A DNA stretch of 60,923 nucleotides, filler included. It is 6 parts of 6 records of this genome, joined end to end, with 100 filler letters (N's around TTAATTAATTAA, not from the genome) between each part and the next. Parts side by side here need not be neighbours in the genome. Positions count along the whole stretch, not along the records: positions 1 to 19,957 come from SRR31156797_30344; 5 more parts are not named here. The stretch is one strand, 5' to 3'. A model generated the notes under the pieces. It was not told where the DNA came from, did no database searches, and worked only from the letters and a program-made list of their open reading frames with translations. Shown here in pieces: positions 9,948 through 20,057 of this stretch. The first letter of the stretch is position 1. Every line of letters starts with the position of its first letter. Position numbers and translations under genes: made by a program.

Positions 9948-11132
9948 ATGATGAAAGGTTTTCTTAAAGGTATAGGCCTGCTGACCCTGATGTTGGTATG
10001 CAGCGCCTTTCTGTTGGCCGGTTGTGGAGAGGAAAAGTCTAATACAATCAAAATCGGCTTCAACCTGCCCCTGACCGGTGATATTCCGGAAGTCGGTGAA
10101 GGTTCCAAGAACGCAGCAGAGATGTATCTCAAAGACATCAACGATGCAGGCGGTCTGGAAGTGGGCGGTCAGAAGTACATGCTCGAGTTCGTTTACATGG
10201 ACAACGAATCCAAAGCCGAATCTGCCACAAACGTTGCCTTGAAGCTCATTGATCAGGAAAATGTTGTTGCCATCATCGGCCCCAACTCCTCCAAGCAGGC
10301 TGTACCCGCAGGTGGTACCTGTAACGAAAACCGCGTCCCCATGATTTCTCCGTGGTCCACCAACCCGAACACAACACTGGATCGCCCCTGGGTTTTCCGC
10401 GCAGCCTTCCTCGACCCCTTCCAGGGTCCTGTTGTTGCCGACTTCGCTGCCAAGAAGTTTGACGCCAAGACTGCTGCTGTTATCTTTGATGTCTCCAACG
10501 ACTACTCCAAGGGTTTAGCCGAAATCTTCAAGACTTCCTGGGAAGCAAAAGGCCTCGGCCCGGTCGTGGCTTTCGAATCTCACGGCACCAAAGACCAGGA
10601 TTTCTCTGCGCAGTTGACCACCGTCATCGCTGCTAACCCGGACTTCATCTTCGTACCTGACAACTACAATCAGGTTGCCCTGATTATCCAGCAGGCCCGT
10701 GACCTCGGTTACAAAGGCCCCTTCATGGGTTCCGACGCCTGGGGTACTCCTGACTTGATCAAGCTGTGCGGCGACGAATGCTACGGCAACTTCTTCTCCA
10801 CCCACTACGCTGCAGCCGGAGCCAAGGGTGCCACCAAGACCTTCATTGATCGTTATGAAAAAGTTTATGGTTCCACACCAGCTGACTACGCAGCCCTGAC
10901 GTGGGATTCCATCGGCATCATGATCGAAGCCATCAAAAACGCAGGCAAGGTCGAATCCGACCCCGTTGCCATGCGTAAGGCCGTTCGCGAAGGCCTGTCT
11001 GCCATCAAGTCTTTTGACGGCATCACCGGTTCCTCCAAGTTCGACGCACAGGGTGATCCCATCAAATGCGCTGTGGTTGTTAAGATTTCCGACAAAGGTG
11101 AATTCGTCTTTGAAGAATCTGTCTGCCCATAA
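9948..11132 (+). CDS. livK: Branched-chain amino acid ABC transporter substrate-binding lipoprotein
   Basis: Lipobox LLAGC, IKIGFNLPLTG, DYSKGLA and DFSAQL; first gene of the liv cluster. Confidence 0.9.
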   Translation: MMKGFLKGIGLLTLMLVCSAFLLAGCGEEKSNTIKIGFNLPLTGDIPEVGEGSKNAAEMYLKDINDAGGLEVGGQKYMLEFVYMDNESKAESATNVALKLIDQENVVAIIGPNSSKQAVPAGGTCNENRVPMISPWSTNPNTTLDRPWVFRAAFLDPFQGPVVADFAAKKFDAKTAAVIFDVSNDYSKGLAEIFKTSWEAKGLGPVVAFESHGTKDQDFSAQLTTVIAANPDFIFVPDNYNQVALIIQQARDLGYKGPFMGSDAWGTPDLIKLCGDECYGNFFSTHYAAAGAKGATKTFIDRYEKVYGSTPADYAALTWDSIGIMIEAIKNAGKVESDPVAMRKAVREGLSAIKSFDGITGSSKFDAQGDPIKCAVVVKISDKGEFVFEESVCP

Positions 11133-11155
11133 GCCTACTACGTACTGACATAATC

Positions 11156-11185
11156 GGGCGGGGGCCATTTGGCTCCCGCTCTTTT
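11156..11185 (+). terminator. Intra-operon hairpin/terminator between livK and livH
   Basis: GGGCGGGGGCC/GGCTCCCGCTC stem with GU pairs, followed by TTTT. Confidence 0.6.
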
Positions 11186-11254
11186 ACTGAGTGAACGGGC
11201 CAACTCGTTCGGAATAAACCCCAAAGGCCCAAAGATATTTCCCGGGAAGTAAAC

Positions 11255-12166
11255 GTGGACTTTATTATTCAAAACATACTCAATGCGCTTCAGTGGGGCA
11301 GTTTCTATGCCCTTATCGCATTGGGCTACACCCTCGTGTACGGCGTACTCAGGCTGATCAACTTCGCCCATGGCGATATTTTCATGGTTGGCGCGTATAT
11401 CGCTTTTTTCGTGGCCGGATTTCTGCTCGGTCCCGCAGTTGGCCTTTCGCCCATGGTGACATTTTTGCTCGCTGTGCCGCTGACCATGTTCCTGACCGCC
11501 TGTGTCGGTGTCACGCTTGAACGCGTCGCATACCGTCCCTTGCGTCGCAAAGGAGCGCACCGACTCTACGTGGTCATTACGGCACTCATGTGCGGACTGA
11601 TCCTTGAGTACTCAAACCTGGCAGTGCTCGGAGCCAGCCGCCTCAAATTTCCTGAACTGGTCGAAAAAACAATCTGGCATCTCGGCGGCGTAACCATCAC
11701 AAACCTGAAGGTCATCGTCATTGTGGCGGCAGTCGCTGTTTTCGTTTTCCTCAACTTCATCGTCACCAAAACGAAAATCGGCATGGCCATGCGCGGCATT
11801 TCTTACGACAAATTCGCCATTCCACTTATGGGCATCCCTATTGACGCCATTATCGTGTTCACCTTTGTTCTCGGTTCCTCTTTTGCGGGTCTGGCCGGAC
11901 TTCTATTCGCCATGTCCTATCCGGTTCTCGAACCATTCATGGGCATGATTATCGGTTGGAAAGCATTCATTGCAGCGGTTGTCGGCGGCATCGGAGATAT
12001 CCGGGGAGCATTTTACGGAGGCTTCCTACTTGGCTTCATTGAGGTCGGTGTTGTTACCGTATTTCCATCCACCTATCGCGATTTGTTCGCCTTTACGATC
12101 CTGCTGATCATCCTCTGGATGAAACCAACAGGCTTGTTCGGCATGCCGCAATCAACCAAAATTTAG
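11255..12166 (+). CDS. livH: BCAA ABC transporter permease
   Basis: YALIALGYTLVYG, INFAHGD and KAFIAAVVGGIG; GTG start. Confidence 0.92.
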   Translation: MDFIIQNILNALQWGSFYALIALGYTLVYGVLRLINFAHGDIFMVGAYIAFFVAGFLLGPAVGLSPMVTFLLAVPLTMFLTACVGVTLERVAYRPLRRKGAHRLYVVITALMCGLILEYSNLAVLGASRLKFPELVEKTIWHLGGVTITNLKVIVIVAAVAVFVFLNFIVTKTKIGMAMRGISYDKFAIPLMGIPIDAIIVFTFVLGSSFAGLAGLLFAMSYPVLEPFMGMIIGWKAFIAAVVGGIGDIRGAFYGGFLLGFIEVGVVTVFPSTYRDLFAFTILLIILWMKPTGLFGMPQSTKI

Positions 12167-12182
12167 TTGGGAGAAAAGACAT

Positions 12183-13253
12183 ATGAAAAAATATTCTCTC
12201 AACTTCGTTATGGTTGTCAGTGCGCTGTTCCTGCTGTCCCTGGCTCAATTCGGCATCATCAGCAACTATATTCAGGCCGTATTCATGTATGTTGGTATCA
12301 ACATCATCATGGCGACCAGCCTGAATCTGGTGAACGGCAACATGGGCGAGTTCACCTGTGGACACGCTGCTTTCATGTGCGTGGGGGCATACGTCTCATC
12401 AATCCTGTCAGTCTTATTCTTCGGAAAGACTCTCGGCGACCCGATGCTTCCCCCGAACATGGCCTTTCTGGTGTTCCCAATTATCATACTCATTGGCGGT
12501 GTTTTTGCTTCTGTTGTCAGTATTCTGGTGGCAGTCCCGGCATTCAAAACACGCGACGATTATCTGGCCATCATCACCATCGCCGTAAACTACATGGTGA
12601 TCTCGGCCATTGAAAATATGGACTTCATCGGTGGTTCTCGTGGCTTCCAAGGCATGAAAAGCACTGTTTGGGCTATGAAAGACACATTAAACGGCCCATG
12701 GATGCTCTTCTGGGTCATTACCTTTATGGTCTTTACCATCTGGGTCATCCGCCGATTTATCACATCCACATACGGCAAAGGCGTCAACGCCATCTGTCAG
12801 GATGAAACTGCGGCAGAAATCATGTCCGTGAATACCAACAAGATCAAACTGGTCAACTTCATGATTTCAGCAGGTCTTGCTGGATGCGCAGGCGGTCTGT
12901 TTGCCCACGTTGTCGGCTACGTCAACCCACAGTCTTTCAACATTCTCAAATCCACCGAGGCCATGGTTATGGTCTATCTCGGCGGCATGGGCTCGCTTTC
13001 CGGCGCAGTCATTTCGGCCGTGGTCTTTACCTTCCTGATGGAAGTGCTTAGATCCCAGTCCCTCATGGACTTCCTGCTGGCTCCTGCCACGTTCGTCTTC
13101 CCGGAATGGGAACCGTCAGCCGGTGTCATCAAATGGGTCATGATTCCCCTGCTCCTCGTCCTGATCATGCAGTTCAGGCCCGAAGGCATCATGGGTAACA
13201 AAGAGTTATCGGACGTGTTCCCGAAACTCAAAAAATTCTACACGTTCAAGTAG
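12183..13253 (+). CDS. livM: BCAA ABC transporter permease
   Basis: SLNLVNG..G...GHAAF, DYLAIIT, MVYLGGMGS and RPEGIMG. Confidence 0.92.
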   Translation: MKKYSLNFVMVVSALFLLSLAQFGIISNYIQAVFMYVGINIIMATSLNLVNGNMGEFTCGHAAFMCVGAYVSSILSVLFFGKTLGDPMLPPNMAFLVFPIIILIGGVFASVVSILVAVPAFKTRDDYLAIITIAVNYMVISAIENMDFIGGSRGFQGMKSTVWAMKDTLNGPWMLFWVITFMVFTIWVIRRFITSTYGKGVNAICQDETAAEIMSVNTNKIKLVNFMISAGLAGCAGGLFAHVVGYVNPQSFNILKSTEAMVMVYLGGMGSLSGAVISAVVFTFLMEVLRSQSLMDFLLAPATFVFPEWEPSAGVIKWVMIPLLLVLIMQFRPEGIMGNKELSDVFPKLKKFYTFK

Positions 13254-13262
13254 GGGGTCGGC

Positions 13263-14030
13263 ATGTCACTTCTCAAAATCGACACTATGACCCAGCGCTT
13301 CGGGGGCCTTCAAGCCGTGTCCGAATTCAGCGTAGAAATGAAAGGCGGCGAACTCATGGGGCTGATCGGCCCCAACGGAGCAGGCAAGACAACCATCTTC
13401 AACCTGATATCCGGTTTTTACCAGCCCACCGAAGGAAGCATCACATTTGACGGCACCCTGACCGCTGGCCTCAAGCCGCATCAGGTAACGTCAATGGGCA
13501 TTGCCCGAACCTTCCAGAATATCCGACTGTGGCACGACATGACCGTGCTCGACAACATCCGTATCGCCCAGCATTATCGCATGGGCTATTCGGTCTGGGA
13601 CTCCATCATCAGAGGTCCCAAATACAAAGCACGTGAAGCACGCATTCTGGAGATAGCCGAGGAATTGCTTGACGCCATGTCGCTCACCGACGTGGCCTAC
13701 GAATTCCCCAAAAACCTCCCGTACGGTCTGCAACGCCGTGTTGAAATCGCCCGCGCCATGTCCATCCGGCCAAAACTCTTGCTGTTGGACGAACCCGCAG
13801 CCGGACTCAACTCCGCCGATGTGGAAGACCTCATCAAACTGGTCCGCTGGATTCACGACAATTTTGATATTACCATCTTCATGATTGAACATCAGATGAA
13901 AGTTGTGACATCCTTGTGTCAGTGGATCAAGGTCATCGACTTCGGCGCGACCATCGCTGAAGGTACACCAGAAGACATCCAGAGCAACCCGGCCGTCATC
14001 AAGGCCTATCTTGGAGACGACAACATATGA
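13263..14030 (+). CDS. livG: BCAA ABC transporter ATP-binding protein
   Basis: FGGLQAV, GPNGAGKTT, RTFQN, LPYG, LLLDEPAAG and VIKAYLG. Confidence 0.94.
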   Translation: MSLLKIDTMTQRFGGLQAVSEFSVEMKGGELMGLIGPNGAGKTTIFNLISGFYQPTEGSITFDGTLTAGLKPHQVTSMGIARTFQNIRLWHDMTVLDNIRIAQHYRMGYSVWDSIIRGPKYKAREARILEIAEELLDAMSLTDVAYEFPKNLPYGLQRRVEIARAMSIRPKLLLLDEPAAGLNSADVEDLIKLVRWIHDNFDITIFMIEHQMKVVTSLCQWIKVIDFGATIAEGTPEDIQSNPAVIKAYLGDDNI

Positions 14031-14764
14031 CAACTCCACTTATCGAGGTCGAAAACCTCTACGTTAAATACGGCAACATCGAAGCCCTTCACGGCATCGA
14101 CTTCACTGTGGGCGAAGGCGAAATCGTTACCCTCATCGGTGCCAATGGCGCAGGTAAGTCAACAACCCTCATGTCCATTGCACAACTGCCGCCGCCGGAA
14201 GCTCCCAAGATCATCAAAGGCGACATCAAATTCAAAGGCGAATCCATTCTGGGCATGGCCCCGGACAAAATCGTCAGTGACCTGCACCTTGCTCTGGTCC
14301 CGGAAGGTCGTCATATCTTCGGCAATCTGACCGTTGAAGAGAACCTCAAGCTGGCAACTTATGCCCGCAAGGATTCACAAGCCGATATTGATCGGGATTA
14401 TAAACGCGTCTACTCGCTCTTCTCCCGTCTGGACGAACGTAAAAAACAACGTTCCGAATCCCTTTCCGGTGGTGAACAACAGATGTTAGCCGTGGGCCGC
14501 GCTCTTATGTCCGGTTGTAAAATCATTATGCTTGATGAACCATCCATGGGACTCGCCCCGCTACTTATGTATGACATGTTCCGCACCCTGAAAGAGCTGA
14601 ACAAGGAAGGAATGACTATCCTGTTGATCGAACAGAATGCCAACCTTGCTCTCAAATTCGCTCACCGCGGCTACGTCATCGATACTGGCGAAATAGTCGC
14701 ACAAGGACCTTGCGATCAACTCAGGGAGGACCCTGAAGTCAAGAAAGCCTATCTCGGCGGCTAG
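14027..14764 (+). CDS. livF: BCAA ABC transporter ATP-binding protein
   Basis: GANGAGKST, VPEGRHIF, LSGGEQQM, DEPSMGLAP and EQNA. Confidence 0.94.
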   Translation: MTTPLIEVENLYVKYGNIEALHGIDFTVGEGEIVTLIGANGAGKSTTLMSIAQLPPPEAPKIIKGDIKFKGESILGMAPDKIVSDLHLALVPEGRHIFGNLTVEENLKLATYARKDSQADIDRDYKRVYSLFSRLDERKKQRSESLSGGEQQMLAVGRALMSGCKIIMLDEPSMGLAPLLMYDMFRTLKELNKEGMTILLIEQNANLALKFAHRGYVIDTGEIVAQGPCDQLREDPEVKKAYLGG

Positions 14765-14787
14765 CACCTCACTCTTGCACGCTTTAG

Positions 14788-14817
14788 AGGACTGTCTTCA
14801 CGGACAGTCCTTTTTTT
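14788..14817 (+). terminator. Rho-independent terminator after livF
   Basis: AGGACTGTC/GACAGTCCT stem with a T7 tract. Confidence 0.9.
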
Positions 14818-14838
14818 ATATCCATAGCTCACCTGTAC

Positions 14839-14854
14839 TGGCACGGCTTATGCT
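14839..14854 (+). promoter_or_regulatory. Sigma-54 (-24/-12) promoter
   Basis: TGGCACG-GCTT-ATGCT with exact GG-N10-GC spacing, 55 nt before the ATG at 14910. Confidence 0.75.
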
Positions 14855-14909
14855 TTCGGTTCTGGCAGGGCAAAAAATGCCCATGAACCCTGAATGCAAG
14901 AGGACCACA

Positions 14910-15524
14910 ATGGCAGTTCAATCGGTTGGATCAAATGGATACATGGATGCCTATTCGCTTTTGCAAGCCGCGAATGAAGAACAGCAATTAAAGGCACGTG
15001 CTGCTCAGATGGATAAGGAGCAGGATAAAATCGAAAGCAAAAACGGCATGACCAGTGACATTGAGTCATACTTGTCCAAAATCCCCAAAGGAACGGACAA
15101 CAGACTCTCCTTTCTTGATGTCGATAAATACCGTGCAAATCTCGAAGCTAAATGGGATATCACCGTGACCGCAGACCTTAAGGCCTTGGGTGTGGATGTC
15201 ACAAAAGAACTTCCGCTGAGTTACGACCCGGCGACCGGCAAGGTAACCGTCGCCAAAGGCCATGAAGACAAGGAAATCATCGACAAATATTTCGAAGATA
15301 ACCCCGACAAAGTTGAAGAATTTGATACCATTCTTCAATTGGGCAAACTGACCAACACGGCAAGCACCAAGCTGTCACAAGGTCAAATGATGCAAAATCT
15401 TCAATTCAAGGCCATGTCATGGTGGTTTGCCGACAACTCAGATCCGACATCCTGGTTCGATGGCGGAGGCCTCATGTTCGGTCAGGGCCAAAAATCTTAC
15501 ACTGGATTAAATCTAACTGTCTGA
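14910..15524 (+). CDS. Hypothetical protein (204 aa)
   Basis: ATG at 14910 follows a GAGGA RBS. The track start at 14775 would run through the livF terminator and the promoter. Confidence 0.75.
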   Translation: MAVQSVGSNGYMDAYSLLQAANEEQQLKARAAQMDKEQDKIESKNGMTSDIESYLSKIPKGTDNRLSFLDVDKYRANLEAKWDITVTADLKALGVDVTKELPLSYDPATGKVTVAKGHEDKEIIDKYFEDNPDKVEEFDTILQLGKLTNTASTKLSQGQMMQNLQFKAMSWWFADNSDPTSWFDGGGLMFGQGQKSYTGLNLTV

Positions 15525-15550
15525 TTTTCCAACACAAACTGAACTTACAG

Positions 15551-15587
15551 AAAACGGCGTACCCCATATACACAGGGTACGCCGTTT
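15551..15587. terminator. Likely bidirectional terminator between convergent genes
   Basis: AAACGGCGTACCC/GGGTACGCCGTTT 13-bp stem. Confidence 0.85.
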
Positions 15588-15624
15588 AAATTCATGTGCC
15601 GGAGATTTCCAGCAACAAAAAGAA

Positions 15625-16122
15625 CTAGTCTTCAGTCACAGTGGCCTTATTGATAAAAACCGGCTCGACCGGGACATCATCATGGAAGCCATTGCGTCCA
15701 GTAGCCACGCCTCTGATCTCATCAACAACATCAGTGCCTTCGACGACTTTGCCGAAAACAGCGTAGCCCCAACCCTGAGGGGTCTCGGAGGAAAAGTTCA
15801 GGAAGCCGTTATCCTTGACGTTTATGAAGAACTGAGAAGAAGCGGAATGAGGGTCCATGGTGCGTGCCATGGCCAATGTGTAACAGTCATTCTTCAAGCC
15901 ATTATTGGCTTCGTTTTCGATAGGCTCACGGGTTGCCTTTTCCTGCATGTTTTCATCCATGCCGCCGCCCTGAACCATGAAGTTACCGATAACACGGTGA
16001 AAAATCAGACCATCATAAAAGCCTTCCTCGACATACTGCTGGAAGTTTGCAGCAGACTTGGGGGCCTTTTCAAAATCAAGCTCGATGACAATGTCACCCA
16101 TGCTGGTTTCCATTTTAATCAT
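15625..16122 (-). CDS. ppiB: Cyclophilin-type peptidyl-prolyl cis-trans isomerase
   Basis: [31 protein letters not shown] and [17 protein letters not shown] before ATG 16122. Confidence 0.93.
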   Translation of the reverse strand: MIKMETSMGDIVIELDFEKAPKSAANFQQYVEEGFYDGLIFHRVIGNFMVQGGGMDENMQEKATREPIENEANNGLKNDCYTLAMARTMDPHSASSQFFINVKDNGFLNFSSETPQGWGYAVFGKVVEGTDVVDEIRGVATGRNGFHDDVPVEPVFINKATVTED

Positions 16123-16235
16123 TTCATATCTCCTTTGTGCCGGCAATTTCCCGGCGTGATGTCATTCGCGTCCCACCGTGTATCAGAGGGACGCACGGCT
16201 GGCAAATTGTCGGCAAGTGCCGATTATAGTCAGGG

Positions 16236-16580
16236 TTATTCTGATTCAACAGGCGTCGCATTCGACAAAGAATCCGGCTCCGACAAAACTTCTATTTCAT
16301 CTGCCACAACCGGGCTGCTAAATACGGGCAATCCCTCCTGTGTCACGGAACCTACAGCCGTAACAGACAGGAGAGACCCGAGTTTCATAATATTCTTTTC
16401 AATGACCAATTCGGCCTGAGGCTCAAGTATCTCCGCCTGCTTTGCAGCATACGGATTCTCGGGCTGGAAATGCACCGGAGCGGGTTTATCCACCATGGCG
16501 GTAGCCAAAAAGGCCAAGGCGAGCCCGGCCACAATCGGCTTAAGCACACGTACCATATTCGATGAACTCCCGAAGGCCAT
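16236..16580 (-). CDS. Hypothetical protein with an N-terminal membrane segment
   Basis: 114-aa ORF starting 6 nt after the DegT stop; hydrophobic IVAGLALAFLATAMV. Confidence 0.55.
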   Translation of the reverse strand: MAFGSSSNMVRVLKPIVAGLALAFLATAMVDKPAPVHFQPENPYAAKQAEILEPQAELVIEKNIMKLGSLLSVTAVGSVTQEGLPVFSSPVVADEIEVLSEPDSLSNATPVESE

Positions 16581-16586
16581 TGACTC

Positions 16587-17717
16587 TTATCCCTTAAGCG
16601 TCTCGGCGATAGTCGCCTGATCTTCAGCCTTGAGGTAAGGATGCATAGGCAAGGCAAAGATACGGTTTCCGACTTCTTCGCATACAGGGAAATCCCCTTC
16701 CTGATATTTCAGGTTGGCAAAAGCTTTCTGAAGATGCAGCGGTTTCGGATAGTAAATAGCCGTAGGAATGGAGGCTGCCCCAAGCTTACCCATAAGTTCG
16801 GTACGATGCTCTGAATTCTCAGCCAATACAGAATATTGCGCCCAGACAGAGGTATTCCCTTCTGCAACGGTGGGCGTTGTCAGACCGGGCACAGAGGACA
16901 AAAGTTCCTCGTACCTATCTGCAACCTGCTGACGTTTAATGATTTCGTCAGGGAAAATTTCAAACTTGGCAAGCAGCACAGCAGCCTGCATAGCATCAAG
17001 GCGGCCATTAATTCCCAAACGAACATTTTCATACTTGTCTTCCCCCATGCCATGCACACGAACGGAAAGAAGCAGTTTATGCAATTCCTCATTATGCGCG
17101 AAGACCATTCCACCGTCACCGTAGCAACCGAGGGGCTTGGCTGGGAAGAAGGAAGTACAGGCAATGTCACCCAATGAACAGACAGGCTTACCTTTGTAGG
17201 TTGCACCAAAGGACTGAGCTGCATCCACGATAAGGAACAACCCACTATTGTGCGCCAACGGTTCAATAGTGTCATAGTCTGCCGGTTGACCAAAAAGATC
17301 CACGGCAATAACGCCTCTTGGAGTCAGGTCAGGACGGTTGTCCTTCACATCAGCAATCTTACGGCGAAGGTCTTCGGAATCAATATTGTACGTCACAGGA
17401 TCAATGTCCACGAACACTGGAGTTGCACCAACGAGTGCAATAGACTCTGCGGTGGCCATGAATGTAAACGGTGTCGTAAAGACTGCATCGCCAGGCCCTA
17501 CACCGAGAGCCATGAGAGCCATGATCAAGGCATCGGTACCAGAAGCGCACCCGACACCGAATCGTACAGAACTGAAGCTCGATAAACGAGCCTCCAAGTC
17601 GGCAATCTCCGGTCCCATAATATACGCGCCATGTTCCAACACACCATCTATGCCTTTCTTTACGGCAGTCTCAATCTCTTTATACTGTGATTTCAAGTCG
17701 ATAAAAGGAATACTCAT
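16587..17717 (-). CDS. DegT/DnrJ/EryC1/StrS family sugar aminotransferase
   Basis: IPFIDLK, SGTDAL, DAAQSFGA, SFFPAKPLGCYGDGG (PLP lysine) and LPMHPY. Confidence 0.93.
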   Translation of the reverse strand: MSIPFIDLKSQYKEIETAVKKGIDGVLEHGAYIMGPEIADLEARLSSFSSVRFGVGCASGTDALIMALMALGVGPGDAVFTTPFTFMATAESIALVGATPVFVDIDPVTYNIDSEDLRRKIADVKDNRPDLTPRGVIAVDLFGQPADYDTIEPLAHNSGLFLIVDAAQSFGATYKGKPVCSLGDIACTSFFPAKPLGCYGDGGMVFAHNEELHKLLLSVRVHGMGEDKYENVRLGINGRLDAMQAAVLLAKFEIFPDEIIKRQQVADRYEELLSSVPGLTTPTVAEGNTSVWAQYSVLAENSEHRTELMGKLGAASIPTAIYYPKPLHLQKAFANLKYQEGDFPVCEEVGNRIFALPMHPYLKAEDQATIAETLKG

Positions 17718-17795
17718 TTGTTACTCACTTGTTGTCTTGATAGGTTCAGCCGCACTTTCTCATGAAAAGCGACTCGGAGACAAGAAATTTACGCG

Positions 17796-19190
17796 TTAAG
17801 ACTTGGGACAATATTCACTGGCGGCAGCGACAAATCGGATGGCCCAATCAGGCACTGCAAGAGCATGGATATGATTATACCCGGCAAGTGTGTTTTTATA
17901 CAGAAAACCGTCATGACCAACACCTCCCCCCTGCCCCCGCAACATTTTCAAAGCGGGTCGCAAAGTTGAAGATTCGTCTGAAACACACAAGGAATAATGA
18001 AATTCATGACCTTGAATACGTGTCCCGATAGGGAAAAATGGATTTTCTTCCACGGCTTCGGCTTCTGTGTACCCCAAGCCCTGTGGTCTGGGACAAAAAG
18101 CGGTGCCAACGGGAAAAACTCCAGCCATCGGATAGGAAACGCCCTTGATTTCCAAAGAGTCACATAACACCATAAAACCACCACATTCGGCATAAATTGG
18201 CATGCCACTCTCTGACAATTCTTTTATATGCGAAAGAATAGTGGTGTTATCCGCAATACGTTCAGCAAAAACTTCAGGGAACCCTCCGCCAAGATACAAC
18301 CCATCAATGTCGGGCCACGGCTCATCGAAAAGTATGCTCAACCGAACAAGCTCGGCTCCCGCATGTTCCAAGGCTTCAAGATTCTCCGGGTAATAAAACC
18401 AGAGAGAAGCGTCTTGAACATAGCCAATCCGCACCTTTTTATTAACTGATTTATCCAAATACACAGGACCGGGATCAAGACCGAAATCCGGTACACTCGT
18501 AGCGATATCAATAATCTTGTCGATATCGAGCAATTCTTCAGCCATATCAGCCAGTGCTTCAAGAGCATCCTGCGCAGGAAAATCCTGTTCCTGATCGGAG
18601 ACGAGTCCCATATGTCGCTCGGGAATGGGGTTCGAAGAAATTTTAGGTAACATCCCCAAAACCGGAACATCTGTATGGGTCTCAATAGATTTTTGCAGCA
18701 CCGAACGATGACGCTCTCCGGCAGTCCGGTTAAGAATCACGCCAGCAAGGTTCAACCCCGGTTCAAAATGTGTACACCCTTGAACGATTGCCGCCACTGT
18801 ACGGGTCATTTTTGTACAATCAATTGCAAGAATCACCGGAGCATCAAGCATCCGTGCTAATTCGGCAGTCGAACAGGAACCATGTTCGTCCATACCATCA
18901 AACAGTCCACGGTTCCCCTCCACCAAACTGATATCAAAACCACATGACCTATGAAAAAAGAGAGAACGAATCGTATCTGTGGAATGAAAGAAGGGATCAA
19001 GATTGGAACAAGGGTGACCGGCTGCAAGGGTCAGCCATTGGGCATCAATGTAGTCCGGCCCTTTTTTAAAGGGGACGACTTTTCTCCCCGCTCTTTTGAA
19101 GGCACGAGCCAAGGCAAGGGAGACAATCGTCTTCCCTGTGCCGCCGGATAAACCGGCGAGGACTATACGAGAAATATTGTTTTGCACCAT
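17796..19190 (-). CDS. dsrN: Cobyrinate a,c-diamide synthase-like amidotransferase (DsrN by position)
   Basis: SGGTGKT, FKKGPDYID, EGNRGLFDG, ERHMGL, YAECGG and GHEFHYS; lies directly downstream of dsrBD. Confidence 0.85.
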   Translation of the reverse strand: MVQNNISRIVLAGLSGGTGKTIVSLALARAFKRAGRKVVPFKKGPDYIDAQWLTLAAGHPCSNLDPFFHSTDTIRSLFFHRSCGFDISLVEGNRGLFDGMDEHGSCSTAELARMLDAPVILAIDCTKMTRTVAAIVQGCTHFEPGLNLAGVILNRTAGERHRSVLQKSIETHTDVPVLGMLPKISSNPIPERHMGLVSDQEQDFPAQDALEALADMAEELLDIDKIIDIATSVPDFGLDPGPVYLDKSVNKKVRIGYVQDASLWFYYPENLEALEHAGAELVRLSILFDEPWPDIDGLYLGGGFPEVFAERIADNTTILSHIKELSESGMPIYAECGGFMVLCDSLEIKGVSYPMAGVFPVGTAFCPRPQGLGYTEAEAVEENPFFPIGTRIQGHEFHYSLCVSDESSTLRPALKMLRGQGGGVGHDGFLYKNTLAGYNHIHALAVPDWAIRFVAAASEYCPKS

Positions 19191-19210
19191 AACAGGCTCA
19201 ACTCACAATC

Positions 19211-19251
19211 AAGAAAAGCCTTGCCCTGCATCATAAAGATACGGGCAAGGC
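19211..19251 (-). terminator. Terminator-like hairpin between dsrD and dsrN
   Basis: GCCTTGCCC/GGGCAAGGC stem followed on the minus strand by TTTTCTT. Confidence 0.75.
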
Positions 19252-19276
19252 CTCAATTACGGAGCTCGGCTAGAGT

Positions 19277-19525
19277 CTAGTCTTCGCCCTCGGAAGCGGC
19301 CTGTTTGCCGGCACCGGCCATGCCGTACATGGTGGTGGACCCGGAGGACCAGAACACCAATTTTTCTTCCTGAATTAAAGCGGTCAAAACTTTCTTGACT
19401 GCACGGGCTTTTTCATCCGGGAAAAGCTTGGTGAAATCATTGAAGTAGAACTTGGACTTGTTCTTTGACTTCGATTCGCAAAAAGCCAAAATTTCAGCTT
19501 TTGCGGCTTCAATGTCGAGTGCCAT
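19277..19525 (-). CDS. dsrD: Dissimilatory sulfite reductase protein DsrD
   Basis: KSKFYFNDF and FWSSGSTTMYG signature; AAGGAG RBS before ATG 19525. Confidence 0.96.
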   Translation of the reverse strand: MALDIEAAKAEILAFCESKSKNKSKFYFNDFTKLFPDEKARAVKKVLTALIQEEKLVFWSSGSTTMYGMAGAGKQAASEGED

Positions 19526-19552
19526 GATGGACTCCTTGTTATTTGAAAAGAA

Positions 19553-19581
19553 CGGGGTACGGTCCAAAAGACCGTACCCCG
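19553..19581 (-). terminator. Strong hairpin between dsrB and dsrD
   Basis: CGGGGTACGGTC/GACCGTACCCCG 12-bp perfect stem followed on the minus strand by TTCTTTT. Confidence 0.7.
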
Positions 19582-19593
19582 ATGGTATTTATC

Positions 19594-19957
19594 CTACCAC
19601 TTGAACTGAGTGGTCTGACGCCAGGTGTAGTATGCCGGATCACGGAAGTCATCGATCAGATGCTCAGTGAAGGGCAGGTCACATTTCTCGAAGAAACGTT
19701 CCCAACCGATACGATTGGCCCAATCGCCCAAACGCTCGTACTTGTTGGCTTCAGCTGCGTAAGTATCAAGAATTCTCTTGATGGTCTTAGTCAGCGTAGG
19801 CCAGCGAGGAGGCTCGTTGGGAATAAACGGAACCACAACCTTGGAGAAGGCGGGTTTCGTAATACGGTTGGAGATCTTACCACCGACCATCAGTGCAATA
19901 CCGTCGCCTTCGCCGTCAGACAGCGGAAGGGAGGGGCACATGGTGTAGCAGTTACCG
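19594..19957 (-). CDS. dsrB: Dissimilatory sulfite reductase beta subunit, C-terminal fragment (contig edge)
   Basis: GNCYTMCP, GGKISNR, PNEPPRWP, YERLGDWANRIGWERFF and TWRQTTQFKW. Confidence 0.96.
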
Positions 19958-20057
19958 NNNNNNNNNNNNNNNNNNNNNNNNNNNNNNNNNNNNNNNNNNN
20001 NTTAATTAATTAANNNNNNNNNNNNNNNNNNNNNNNNNNNNNNNNNNNNNNNNNNNN
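19958..20057. other. Artificial contig spacer
   Basis: N44-TTAATTAATTAA-N44 (stops in all six frames); composition changes across it. Confidence 0.98.

Noticed and set aside
20002-20013. TTAATTAATTAA recurring five times
   Set aside because: Always centred in N-runs; it is an artificial six-frame stop linker. ORFs running into it are artefacts at those ends.
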